Positions 8,003 to 17,797 of a DNA stretch of 64,000 bases are shown in pieces. Source of the DNA: Nitrospirota bacterium (lineage in GTDB: Bacteria > Nitrospirota > Thermodesulfovibrionia > Thermodesulfovibrionales > JdFR-86); assembly GCA_963721805.1 (NCBI GenBank), contig CAVRJY010000006.1, positions 1-64,000 on the forward strand. Reading direction: 5' to 3'. The notes under the pieces are model-generated. The model ran no database searches, was not told the origin of the DNA, and saw only the letters and a list, made by a program, of their open reading frames with translations. How positions within the stretch are numbered: the first letter of the stretch is position 1; every line of letters starts with the position of its first letter. The translations under genes and the position numbers were made by a program.

Positions 8003-9781
8003 ATGTCTTGCCTGAAAGAGGCAAAGGAGGGTATCGCAATAGAATCCGTGGATTTTAATACGCCCGAGGGCCGCGAGATATACCGCCACAGCGCGGCGCA
8101 CATCATGGCGCACGCTATCAAGGAGCTGTTCCCGCAGGCCAGGCTCGCTATCGGCCCGGCCATCGAGGACGGGTTTTATTATGACATCGACGTAGACCAC
8201 ACGTTCGTGCCCGAAGACCTCGCGAAGATCGAAAAGAAGATGATCGAGATCATCAAGCGCAACTCTCCTTTTCAGCGCTCCGAGATGGCGCGCTCCGAGG
8301 CGGTCGATATGTTCACGCGCATGGGCGAGCCCTACAAGGTCGAGCTATTAAATGACATCACCGACCAGACCATCTCGGTATACGAGGAAGGCGGCTTTAC
8401 GGACCTCTGCCGCGGCCCGCACCTCGACAAGACCGGGAGGATCAAGGCCATAAAGCTCCTGAGCATCGCCGGTGCGTACTGGCGCGGCAACGAGAAAAAC
8501 AAGATGCTCCAGCGCATCTACGGCACCGCGTTTGACACCAAGGACGCCCTGAAGGCTCACCTGGAGTTCCTTGAGGAGGTCAAGAAGCGCGACCACCGTA
8601 GGCTCGGCAGGGAGCTCGACCTCTTCAGCATGAACGACGAGATCGGCCCCGGCCTGACTCTCTGGCACCCCAAGGGCGCGACCATACGCAGGGTCATCGA
8701 GGACCACTGGAAGGACGCCCACGTCCATGCCGGCTACCAGCTCCTGTACACGCCACACATCGCGCGCCTGAACCTCTGGAAGACGAGCGGCCACCTGGAC
8801 TTCTACTCCGAGAACATGTACTCGCCGATGGAGGTCGAGGGCATGCCGTACGAGCTTAAACCCATGAACTGCCCCTTCCATATCGCGATATACAAGACAT
8901 CCTTAAAGAGCTACCGCGAGTTCCCTGTGCGCTACGCCGAGCTCGGCACTGTCTACCGCTACGAGCGCTCGGGCGTCCTGCACGGACTGCTGCGCGTGCG
9001 GGGCTTTACGCAGGACGACGCGCATATCTTCATACGCGAGGACCAGATGGAGGACGAGATCCAGAACGTCCTCGAACTTACGGTCGAGACCCTGCGCACG
9101 TTCGGGTTCGACTCATATGACATATACCTCTCGACGAGGCCCGAAAAATACGTCGGCTCCGACGAGAACTGGGCGAAGGCGACTTCGGCGCTTGAGGGTG
9201 CTCTAAAGGCCAAGGGCCTGCCCTACGTGGTCGACCCCGGCGAGGGCGTGTTCTACGGCCCGAAGATAGACATAAAGGTGAAGGACTCGCTCGGGAGGTC
9301 GTGGCAGTGCAGCACGATACAGGTGGACTTCAACCTCCCGGAGCGTTTTGATGTATCATATCGTGGCGCGGACGGCATGGAGCACAGGCCGATCATGGTG
9401 CACAGGGCGCTGATGGGCTCGCTCGAGAGGTTCTTCGGCGTGCTGATCGAGCACTACGCCGGGGCGTTTCCGATGTGGCTCGCGCCGGTGCAGGCGGCGG
9501 TGCTCACGATAGCCGAGCGCCACTCCGAGGCCGCGCACGCGCTGGCCGCGTCGTTGCGCTGGACGGGGATGCGCGTGCAGGTGGACGACTCCAACGAGAA
9601 GATCGGATACAAGATACGGCAATTCAGTATCCAGAAAGTGCCGTATTTGGTTATAATAGGCGACAACGAGGTGCAGGAGATGCGCTTCACGGTCAGGAAA
9701 CGCTCCGGCGAGAACATCGGGCCTTTCTCATCCGAAGAACTTGCCGCAATGTTTTCGGAGCAGATTCGCAGCAGGAGGTGA
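8003..9781 (+). CDS. thrS: Threonine--tRNA ligase (short form, no TGS domain); start uncertain
   Basis: RHSAAH, DLCRGPH, KRDHRRLG, KPMNCP, RVRGFTQDDAH, FYGPKID motifs. Confidence 0.96.
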   Translation: MSCLKEAKEGIAIESVDFNTPEGREIYRHSAAHIMAHAIKELFPQARLAIGPAIEDGFYYDIDVDHTFVPEDLAKIEKKMIEIIKRNSPFQRSEMARSEAVDMFTRMGEPYKVELLNDITDQTISVYEEGGFTDLCRGPHLDKTGRIKAIKLLSIAGAYWRGNEKNKMLQRIYGTAFDTKDALKAHLEFLEEVKKRDHRRLGRELDLFSMNDEIGPGLTLWHPKGATIRRVIEDHWKDAHVHAGYQLLYTPHIARLNLWKTSGHLDFYSENMYSPMEVEGMPYELKPMNCPFHIAIYKTSLKSYREFPVRYAELGTVYRYERSGVLHGLLRVRGFTQDDAHIFIREDQMEDEIQNVLELTVETLRTFGFDSYDIYLSTRPEKYVGSDENWAKATSALEGALKAKGLPYVVDPGEGVFYGPKIDIKVKDSLGRSWQCSTIQVDFNLPERFDVSYRGADGMEHRPIMVHRALMGSLERFFGVLIEHYAGAFPMWLAPVQAAVLTIAERHSEAAHALAASLRWTGMRVQVDDSNEKIGYKIRQFSIQKVPYLVIIGDNEVQEMRFTVRKRSGENIGPFSSEELAAMFSEQIRSRR

Positions 9782-9784
9782 CAA

Positions 9785-10279
9785 ATAAGTAAGGACGTAC
9801 GCGTAAACAGGAAGATAATGGCCAAAGAGGTAAGGCTCATCGACGACGACGGCGCGCAGCTCGGCGTGGTCACTGCGCAGGATGCCATGAAGCGGGCGCT
9901 CGAGAAGGATCTCGACCTCGTCGAGGTCGCCCCGAACGCGGTCCCGCCCGTCTGCAAGATCATGGACTTCGGCAAGTACAAGTACCAGATGAGCAAGAAG
10001 CATACGGTCAAAAAGACCATGGAAGTCAAGGAAGTCAAGCTCAGGCCGCGCATCGACGAGCACGACCTCGCGCTCAAGGCCAGGAACATCAACCGCTTCA
10101 TCGAGGGCGGAGACAAGGCCAAGGTGACCATGTTCTTCAGGGGCAGGGAGCGCGCGAGGCCGGAGCTCGGGATGAAGGTTTACGAGAAGCTTGCTACGCT
10201 GCTGACGGTCGAGCACACCGTGCTGCAGCCTCCGAAGATGGAAGGCAACAGCATCACGATGGTGGTCGCGCCTAAATAA
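9785..10279 (+). CDS. infC: Translation initiation factor IF-3, ATA start codon
   Basis: SD AGGAGGTG then in-frame ATA 9785 giving ISKDVRVNRKI-AKEVRLID; DLVEVAPNAVPPVCKIMDFGKYKY. Confidence 0.95.
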   Translation: MSKDVRVNRKIMAKEVRLIDDDGAQLGVVTAQDAMKRALEKDLDLVEVAPNAVPPVCKIMDFGKYKYQMSKKHTVKKTMEVKEVKLRPRIDEHDLALKARNINRFIEGGDKAKVTMFFRGRERARPELGMKVYEKLATLLTVEHTVLQPPKMEGNSITMVVAPK

Positions 10280-10312
10280 AGAAAAGACTAAGCAAAAAGG
10301 AGAGATACGAAG

Positions 10313-10507
10313 ATGCCTAAGATGAAAACGCACCGCGGGGCCGCCAAGCGCTTCAGGGTCACGGGTACCGGAAAGATAAAGCGCAACAGGGCCAACAAGA
10401 GCCACATCATGACCGGCAAGACCTCAAAGCGCACGCGCATGCTCAGGCAGGGCACCATGGTCAACGACGCAAATATGGTAGATGTAAGAAGAATGCTCGG
10501 GCTCTAG
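10313..10507 (+). CDS. rpmI: 50S ribosomal protein L35
   Basis: [24 protein letters not shown]; follows infC. Confidence 0.97.
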   Translation: MPKMKTHRGAAKRFRVTGTGKIKRNRANKSHIMTGKTSKRTRMLRQGTMVNDANMVDVRRMLGL

Positions 10508-10524
10508 CAGCAGCAAGAAAACAG

Positions 10525-10563
10525 ACGGCCCCGCGGCATGCCCGCCGGGCCGTTTTCCTTTTT
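10525..10563 (+). terminator. Probable intrinsic terminator after rpmI
   Basis: ACGGCCC...GGGCCGT stem followed by TTTCCTTTTT. Confidence 0.65.
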
Positions 10564-10672
10564 CAGCCCCCTCCCCTCTGACGGAATATGCCGGCACGGG
10601 CAAACCGCGATTTCCTATTGCTTAAAAAACAATATTCCGTATAATAAGACACTACGGGCTGAGGGGGATGGC

Positions 10673-11512
10673 ATGCACGCAATGCGCTCATTCGCGGTAC
10701 TGTTTCTGGCAATGGCAGCCTCTCTGGCAACCTTCGTCCCCGCGGCCTCGGCCGGACAGCCGATGATCGCGAGCGGATGCTCCGTAAGCAACGTCGGATA
10801 CCTCAACGACCTCGCAAAGGAATACGAGCGCAGAAACCCCGGGATCCATATCCTCGTCCGCGGCGGCGGGAGCCTGCTGGGAATCACCGAACTCAGGGGC
10901 GATAAGACCGACTTCGCCGCGTCGTGCAAGAGCAAGGGGCCATCGGACCCGGCTAATTTCGAGTTCGTCACAGTGGCGTGGGACGCCCTCGTGTTCATCG
11001 TAAACAAATCCAACCCCGTAAGCGACATTACCCCCGAACAGGTGCGCGACATCTATGACGGCAGGATAGACAACTGGAAGTCGCTCGGCGGGCCGGACCT
11101 CGGCATAAAATCCTACGTCTCGACACCGGAGGGCATGGGAGGCATCGGAGAGGCGCTAGCAAAGTATATCCTCGGCGGCAGGGAGATATCGCACCAGCCG
11201 AACTCGGTCGTTATGGCCTCATCGGTGGCTGTATGGGAGCAGATGGTCGAGCAGTCCCCGGAGGGTTTCGCCAGCACCGGATTCGCGAGCGCCCGCAAGC
11301 GCAGCGTAAAGATGCTCCGCGTAAACGGCGTGCCGCCGACCAAGGCCAATATCGTCTCGGGCAAATACCCCCTCAGGCGCAGGCTCTATCTCGTATATGA
11401 CAAGAGGGAAGTCAGGCCCGAGGTCCGCAAGTTCATAAACTACGCCCTGGGCAGGGAGGGGCAGAAGTTCATCGGCGGCCTCGGCATACCGAGCCTCGCG
11501 GAGATCAAATGA
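10673..11512 (+). CDS. PstS-like periplasmic substrate-binding protein
   Basis: Signal peptide; VRGGGSLLG, VAWDALVFIVNKSNPV, GKYPLRRRLY motifs of PBP_like_2 proteins. Confidence 0.8.
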   Translation: MHAMRSFAVLFLAMAASLATFVPAASAGQPMIASGCSVSNVGYLNDLAKEYERRNPGIHILVRGGGSLLGITELRGDKTDFAASCKSKGPSDPANFEFVTVAWDALVFIVNKSNPVSDITPEQVRDIYDGRIDNWKSLGGPDLGIKSYVSTPEGMGGIGEALAKYILGGREISHQPNSVVMASSVAVWEQMVEQSPEGFASTGFASARKRSVKMLRVNGVPPTKANIVSGKYPLRRRLYLVYDKREVRPEVRKFINYALGREGQKFIGGLGIPSLAEIK

Positions 11513-11584
11513 GGGTGTCGCCTTGCCAAAGGGGCCTTGTAATGTTCGCCAAAGCCATGGCATCCCGGCTCTGTTAGAGATAAA

Positions 11585-13754
11585 ATGAGATATTCGTTAG
11601 GCACGAGGGTGACTGTTTTTTTCATGGTCTCTATCGTGGTCGTGGCCGCAGCGAGCACGTACTTCTTCATATCGTCGACGAGGACGGCCATGGAGCGCGA
11701 ACTTCTGGAGCGCGGCACCGTGCTCGCCGAGGCGCTCTCGAAGGCCATCGACGAGGGCATGGCCACCGAGGACCTGGACTTCATCAAGGAATTCTCGGAT
11801 ATCGTCCACACGAAGGAGGTCACGCTCGCGCAGGCCTACTCTACCCTCTGGCTGCCCCTCTATTCTCAGCCGCCCTCTATGATCGACGATGCCTCGTCCC
11901 CGTGGGCGCGGGACCATTTTTCCAAATCGCTCGACTATTACAGCCCGTACTACGAAACCAACGACAGATTCCTGGACATCTACATGCCGGTCTACTACCA
12001 CGGCCTGGACGTCTCGAAGATCGCTCCCCAGGACCTGAAACGCTACCATATCGGGTTCGTGCGCCTGAAGCTCTCGACCGACCATGTGAAGGCAGCCGTG
12101 GCCGACGCCACGAAGAGATCCGTCCTTGTCTCGGCGGCGCTTGCGGCGCTCATGCTCCTGCTGATCAACGGCTACATCCGCCGCAAAGTGATAACGCCCG
12201 TGATGGCGCTGCACGGTTCGGTGCTCAGATATCAGCAGGGCGAGCTGCCGGTCGAGGTCGACGAGACCACGCCCCGCGACGAGATCGGGATGCTCAGCGT
12301 GGAGTTCAACCATATGAGCCGCGCCATAAGGGACCGCGAGCAGCGGCTGGCCGAGGAGAAAGAGCGCCTGAACGTGACCCTGCGAAGCATTGGCGACGGC
12401 GTCATCACGACCGACACAGATGGGAGGGTGACGCTGCTTAACCACGAGGCCGAGGTCATGACCGGCATGACGTCTGCCGAGGGCGTCGGCAGGCCGCTCG
12501 GGGAGGTCTTCGACATCATCAACGAGCGGACCCTCCAGAAATGCGAAAACCCGGTCGAGAAGGTCCTGCGCACGGGCTCGATCATCGAGCTTGCGAACCA
12601 CACGATGCTCATAAGCAAGGACGGCACGCGGCGGATCATCACCGACAGCGGCGCGCCGATCAAGGACGCCTCGGGCACCACGCTCGGCGTGGTGCTGGTC
12701 TTCAGGGACAACACCGAAAAAACCCGCATGGAGGAGGCCCTCAAGGAATCCGAGACAAAGTTCAGGGGCTTTGCCGAGCAGTCGCTGACGGGGATTTACC
12801 TCGTGCAGGACGACGTGTTCAAATACGCCAACCCGCACTTCGCCGAGATATTCGGCTATCCCATCGAGGAATGCATCGGCATGCCGTTCGTCCAGATCGT
12901 GCAGCCCGACGACGCTCGAGCTGGTAAAGGCGATGGTGGCACGCCGGATATACGGCGAAGATGACACGGTGCGCTACGAATTCCGCGGCCGCAAGAAGGG
13001 CGGCGAGACGATCGACATAGAGGTCTTCGGCGGGGCGGCCACGTTCGAAGGCCGGCCGGCGGCCATCGGCACGCTGCTGGACATCACGGCCCGCAAGCGG
13101 GACGAGGCGAGGCTGCGCGCATCGCTCGGCGAAAAGGAGGTCCTCCTGGCCGAGGTCCACCACAGGGTCAAGAACAACCTTACGATCATATACTCGCTGC
13201 TTCAGCTCCAGGCCCGCCAGATCGCGGACCCCGACGTGGTCTCGATGTTCAAGATAAGCCAGGGCCGCATACGCTCGCTCGCCCTGGTGCACGAGAAGCT
13301 CTACCGGAGCCCCAACATGGCCGAGATAGACCTTGCGGACTACGTGGAATCGCTCGTGCGCGAGATCGTGACCTCGTTCCACCTCAAGCAGAAGGACGTG
13401 AGCGTCAAGGTGGATGTAGGGACGTTCTCCCTCGGGCTCGACCAGCTGATACCCTGCGGCCTGATCATCAACGAGCTCGTCTCAAACGCGATGAAATACG
13501 CCTTCGGCCAGACCGAATCCCCTGAGATGAGCGTATCGTTCCATAAGGACGCCGGAGGCATCTGCACGCTGATCCTGAGGGACAACGGCGTGGGCCTGCC
13601 CGATTCGTTCGAGGTGGGGCAGACGCAGAGCCTCGGCCTTCAGATCGTAAGCACCCTCACCGAACAGCTCGGCGGCACGCTCAGGATCGAGCGCGACGGC
13701 GGGGCAGCATTTTATGTCTCATTCCGGATCGGGGAGTACGCGGCGGAAGCCTGA
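11585..13754 (+). pseudogene. Membrane HAMP-PAS-PAS HisKA_2 sensor kinase, split by a +1 frameshift near 12914 (real or assembly error)
   Basis: 2 TM + HAMP (DEIGMLSVEFNHM) + PAS in 11585-12964; EVHHRVKNNL and HATPase in 12933-13754; removing G12914 gives QPDD-LELVKAMVARR. Confidence 0.8.
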
Positions 13755-13811
13755 TCCCCCAACCGTCAAGGTCATGCTTGATATTTCCCGGCGGGCGTTC
13801 TAACCTAAGTC

Positions 13812-14873
13812 ATGGCCGACACTGCCAGCCCGATGCTCGACGACCTGATCGCGCAGGTGAGGCGTAACGCCCGGATCTCTGACGCAGGGTTCTGGGGCTA
13901 TTACTCCACCTGCGGCCTCCTGATGCGCCTCCGCTCGCTCTACCGCTTCGAGCACGGCATCGCACCGTGGGAGCACGCGGACGAAAGCGGCATCCCCGCC
14001 TGGATAGGGGCGCTCGAGGGTCAGTGGCGCTCTTTGGAGGACGCCTCGCCCTCGCCGATCACGATCGGCGGCCGCGAGTATGATCCCTACGATACAGCCG
14101 GCATAAACGCCGCGCTCTCGCGCGAGGGGCATCTTTATTACGGGATGGGCCAGGGGCTGTACATGAAGCCCGTTATATTTTTGGCCGAGCTCGCGGAGCG
14201 TCGCACGCTTATGGGGCGCGATGTGGTCATCACCGGCCACGAGTTCGTGCGCGACCTCTCGACCCACCCGGCGATGCACCGCGGGGGCACGATCATAGTC
14301 CGCCGCTCTCTCGCGCGGGAGCTCATCTGGGACCGTTATAGCGAGTCATGCTCAAAAGACCGCTGCTCGATTCTGAGGTCCGCGTTCTCGGCATACGGCG
14401 TGCAAGAAGGCTCGGGGCAGGATGCCCTCGGGGGCACGGTGGATGACGCAGTTGAGGTCATGGTGCGGCATGAACTGGGCGAGTCGGTCTCATCCGGGCT
14501 CCTCGGCAGCGGATGGATCGACATGCTCGCGGCACTCGGCCACAGCAGGACCGCGCTTGACCTGAGGGCCATCAAGGACGCGGCCGCGGACACATGCCCC
14601 GAGGGGCCGCTATCGTATATCATCGAAGGAAAGATGGAGGGCCAGCTCGGGTTCTTCGTCGCGTCGTTTGGCGGGCTCAGGGGCGCGCTATGCCCCGAGG
14701 TGCGGCTCGCTTACAATGCGTTCCTCACCGATCACGACTGGACTCTGATCGATAGCGCACGGAAGCAATGCCACGAAAATTCTCTCCGGCTGTGCAAGGA
14801 GCTGCTGCGGCTGTATGCCTCAATTGGCGCGCGCGCGGAATTCTCTGCAAGGGTCTCGGCGGCCTTCGGCTGA
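13812..14873 (+). CDS. Sfum_1244-family protein (unknown function)
   Basis: QVRRNARISDA..YSTCGLLMRLRSLYRFE and HELGE motifs recalled for this family. Confidence 0.7.
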   Translation: MADTASPMLDDLIAQVRRNARISDAGFWGYYSTCGLLMRLRSLYRFEHGIAPWEHADESGIPAWIGALEGQWRSLEDASPSPITIGGREYDPYDTAGINAALSREGHLYYGMGQGLYMKPVIFLAELAERRTLMGRDVVITGHEFVRDLSTHPAMHRGGTIIVRRSLARELIWDRYSESCSKDRCSILRSAFSAYGVQEGSGQDALGGTVDDAVEVMVRHELGESVSSGLLGSGWIDMLAALGHSRTALDLRAIKDAAADTCPEGPLSYIIEGKMEGQLGFFVASFGGLRGALCPEVRLAYNAFLTDHDWTLIDSARKQCHENSLRLCKELLRLYASIGARAEFSARVSAAFG

Positions 14874-14897
14874 TGCCCCGGCCGCAGGCCGATGCGG

Positions 14898-15197
14898 TCA
14901 CTGACGGTCTTTATTGTTTTTCAGCCTTCTGAAATATATCGCCCTCAGTATGAAATAAACCACGACGGTAATAATTATGACGATCATGAAATAGATCTTC
15001 TCGGCCGGCCGCACCTCCTGCGTCTCCGGGGCAACAGGCATGTTCGAGGGATGATTCACTACGGCCTGCGCGCTCCCCTGAACCTGTGGCGCACCCTGTT
15101 TTGGCTGCTCAGCGAAGCCCGCTCCCCCTGCCATTATGACAAGGGCCAGAGTGAGCGCTGCCGCCGCCGCGAGTATCTGTATCCATGCCCTGCCCAT
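14898..15197 (-). CDS. Small membrane protein (signal peptide + C-terminal TM)
   Basis: Hydrophobic N-terminus ending AFA/E; second TM followed by basic tail; TG-TATAAT 5 nt upstream. Confidence 0.7.
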   Translation of the reverse strand: MGRAWIQILAAAAALTLALVIMAGGAGFAEQPKQGAPQVQGSAQAVVNHPSNMPVAPETQEVRPAEKIYFMIVIIITVVVYFILRAIYFRRLKNNKDRQ

Positions 15198-15315
15198 GAG
15201 GAATTATACCAAACCCCGGCCGGGTATAAAGAATTTACTGGACTGTCAGCGTAAAATTTAATAAAATATGTTAATTTATCCCATACTTAAAAAACGGATA
15301 CACGGAGAGAGGGCG

Positions 15316-16566
15316 ATGAAAAAAATACTTGCCACATTGGCGGTCATGCTCATCCTCGGACTGCCAGCCTTTGCCGCCGATAACCTTGACAGCATGTACA
15401 AGAAGGCGATGCAGCAGTATAACCTGAGGCATTACGCCAAGGCCGCCGAGATCTTCAAGGAGTACGTCAAGCAGCGCCCCGAGGCCGCGGCATACTATCG
15501 CATCGGGTACAGCTTGTACAAGCTACATAAGACAGTCGAGGCGGACCAGTATTTCGAGTACGCATACATGATATCGCCCGACTTTTCTCCGGGGCCTTTC
15601 GTTAGCAGCATGCACCCCCAGGCCGAGCCGCCCGCGCCGAAACCAGCGGCTAAACCAGCGGCATTGGCTCCCGCCCCTGCCGCTCAGATAAAACCCGCAA
15701 CGGCCGCGCCAGCCGCACCCGCTGCCCAGGCCCCATCCTCCGCAGCCCCTGCAACATCTGCCGCACAGGCCAGACCTGCAACCGCCGTTACAGCTCCGAT
15801 AGCCGCAGCAGTGCAGCCCAGCCCCGCCACACCGGCAGCAGCGAACGCACCGGCCACTCCGCCGCTTGCGCCCAGGGCCGCCGCACCGGCCGCGCCGGTC
15901 GCTCAGGCCCCTCCGGCAGCTCAGGCCCCTTCGGCAGCACAGGCCCCGAAGCCCGCAGCCCCTGCTCCGGCCACTGTCCCTGCCCAGTCGTTCGTGGCCA
16001 AGAACAAACTGAACCTCATCATCGGCGCTATAGTGGCCATCTACCTGATCATCTCGCTCCTGCTTTATAGGCATGCAAGAAACGCCCGCGTTAAGGCCTC
16101 ATGGATCGCATTCATACCGCTCATACAGTTTGCGGTGATCGTCCTTGCGATAAAGGCACACGGCGCCCCGCCGCTTTCGGGCCCCGGGCCGTCTGACCTG
16201 CCGGGATTCGGGGATTTCAAGTTCACTGACGAGGACTTCTCTGCATCCTCCACTAAGCCTACGCAGCCGGCCGCGCCTCCGAAGGAGCCTGAAAGCAAAG
16301 GCCCTGAGACGAAGGCCGGAGAGTTCTCGTTCCCCTCAGCCCCGGCCGCTCCCGAGGCTGGTGCAGGAGAGTCGGAAGGCAAGACCCCTGCCGAGGAGAC
16401 TACGTTTGAGATACCCGAGGAAGAGGTTGATGCGCCTGGATCGGAGAAGTTTAAGATGAACCTCTCGGAGGGCTCGGAGCTGAAGTCCGATGACTTCAAG
16501 TTCGACACCTCAGAGGATTTCTCGGGGACCGAAAAGCCCAAGGCAGACGAGGAAGAGAAAAAATAA
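15316..16566 (+). CDS. TPR protein with Pro/Ala-rich linker, two TM helices and acidic tail
   Basis: SD then MKKIL signal peptide; TPR-like AYYRIGYSLYKL; ~130 aa P/A low complexity; 2 hydrophobic helices. Confidence 0.75.
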   Translation: MKKILATLAVMLILGLPAFAADNLDSMYKKAMQQYNLRHYAKAAEIFKEYVKQRPEAAAYYRIGYSLYKLHKTVEADQYFEYAYMISPDFSPGPFVSSMHPQAEPPAPKPAAKPAALAPAPAAQIKPATAAPAAPAAQAPSSAAPATSAAQARPATAVTAPIAAAVQPSPATPAAANAPATPPLAPRAAAPAAPVAQAPPAAQAPSAAQAPKPAAPAPATVPAQSFVAKNKLNLIIGAIVAIYLIISLLLYRHARNARVKASWIAFIPLIQFAVIVLAIKAHGAPPLSGPGPSDLPGFGDFKFTDEDFSASSTKPTQPAAPPKEPESKGPETKAGEFSFPSAPAAPEAGAGESEGKTPAEETTFEIPEEEVDAPGSEKFKMNLSEGSELKSDDFKFDTSEDFSGTEKPKADEEEKK

Positions 16567-16580
16567 CGCGCCTATCCATG

Positions 16581-16606
16581 CCCGGGGGGATGGCAGTCCC
16601 CCCGGG
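16581..16606 (+). terminator. GC-rich hairpin after TPR gene
   Basis: CCCGGGGGGA-TGGCAG-TCCCCCCGGG perfect stem; weak U tract. Confidence 0.55.
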
Positions 16607-16714
16607 TCAATTTCCCGCCGCAGTCAATAATCCGCCTGTCAAACGATAACGCCACGGCCCTCGCCCCCAGCTTAATCCATCGGTTTATCAACGGTTATTT
16701 CGAACAGATATCCG

Positions 16715-16730
16715 TGGCATGGCGCTTGCA
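16715..16730 (+). promoter_or_regulatory. sigma54 (-24/-12) promoter with upstream enhancer-like repeats
   Basis: TGGCAT-GGCGC-TTGCA; GTCAAT-N3-CCGCC direct repeats at 16606 and 16623; IHF-like TATCAAcggtTAT at 16686. Confidence 0.75.
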
Positions 16731-16741
16731 GTGTTTAAGAC

Positions 16742-16890
16742 AGGATGGGATACGAAATAACAGACAACGACATCATGAGGACTAATAAAAAGGCCTGATA
16801 CCTTCTACTACCCCCAGAGGATAATCAGCGCAACCCCCTCAATCCTCACCCTCATAAAGTCCTCTTGCTCCCCAAGGGCAAGAGGACTCC
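16742..16890 (+). ncRNA. Candidate sigma54-dependent small RNA
   Basis: No SD-led CDS downstream of the promoter; GGA motifs, hairpin with C-rich loop, C-rich tract, terminal 13-bp stem. Confidence 0.45.
16858..16888. terminator. Hairpin between candidate sRNA and convergent argB
   Basis: AGTCCTCTTGCTC...GGGCAAGAGGACT. Confidence 0.65.
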
Positions 16891-16906
16891 CTCATTTCAG
16901 GGGCAG

Positions 16907-17797
16907 CTATTTCTCCGCAGCTGCCGTGGCCTTGATCTCGGTGCCGATGCCCTCGCGCGTGAATATCTCAAGCAGAAGGCAGTGGGCGACGCGGCCGTCG
17001 ATGATATGGACCTTGCGTACGCCGCCCTCGAGCGCCTTAAGCGCGGTAGCGGCCTTCGGGAGCATACCGCCGGTTATGACCTTCGAGGCAACGAGCTTTT
17101 TGACCTGGCTGCGCGTAAGCGTCGAGAAGACCTTATCGTCTTTGCCCTTGATGCCCTCGACGTCCGTGACGTAGATGAGCTTTTCGGCGTGCAGCGAGGT
17201 CGCGACCTCGGCCGTGACGTCGTCGGCGTTGATGTTGTACGTCTCGCCATTCGCGCCCACGCCTACCGGGGATATCACCGGCACGAACCCGGCCTTATCG
17301 AGGCTCAGGAGCACCTCCGGGTCGACCTCAGTGATCTCCCCGACGAGCCCGATGTCGATCTCGGACTCGCCGTCTGACTTGCTCATGATCTTTTTCTTTC
17401 TGGCCTTTATGAGCCCGCCGTCCTTGCCGCTTAGGCCGACCGCGCGGCCCCCCTGGCGGTTGATCAGGGTCACGATCTCCTTGTTTATCAAGCCGCCCAG
17501 GACCATCTCCACTATGTCCATCGTCTCCTGGTCAGTGACGCGGTAGCCCTCGACGAAGGCCGGGACCTTGCCCATCTTCTTCATCGTCGCGCTTATGCGA
17601 GGCCCCCCGCCGTGGACTATCACCGTGCGGATGCCGATGAAGTTCATCAGCGCGATGTCCTCGGCGAACGCGGCCTTGAGCGCGTCCTCGGTCTGGGCCG
17701 AGCCTCCGTATTTGATCACGAAGGTCTTGCCGCTGTAGCTGCGGATATAGGGCAGCGCCTCTATCAGCGTATTTGCCTTCTTCAGCAGTTCCTTCAT
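16907..17797 (-). CDS. argB: Acetylglutamate kinase
   Basis: LIEALPYI, VIKYGG, HGGGP, YNINAD, GGMLPK, LLLEIFT; true start MKELL at 17797. Confidence 0.96.
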   Translation of the reverse strand: MKELLKKANTLIEALPYIRSYSGKTFVIKYGGSAQTEDALKAAFAEDIALMNFIGIRTVIVHGGGPRISATMKKMGKVPAFVEGYRVTDQETMDIVEMVLGGLINKEIVTLINRQGGRAVGLSGKDGGLIKARKKKIMSKSDGESEIDIGLVGEITEVDPEVLLSLDKAGFVPVISPVGVGANGETYNINADDVTAEVATSLHAEKLIYVTDVEGIKGKDDKVFSTLTRSQVKKLVASKVITGGMLPKAATALKALEGGVRKVHIIDGRVAHCLLLEIFTREGIGTEIKATAAAEK

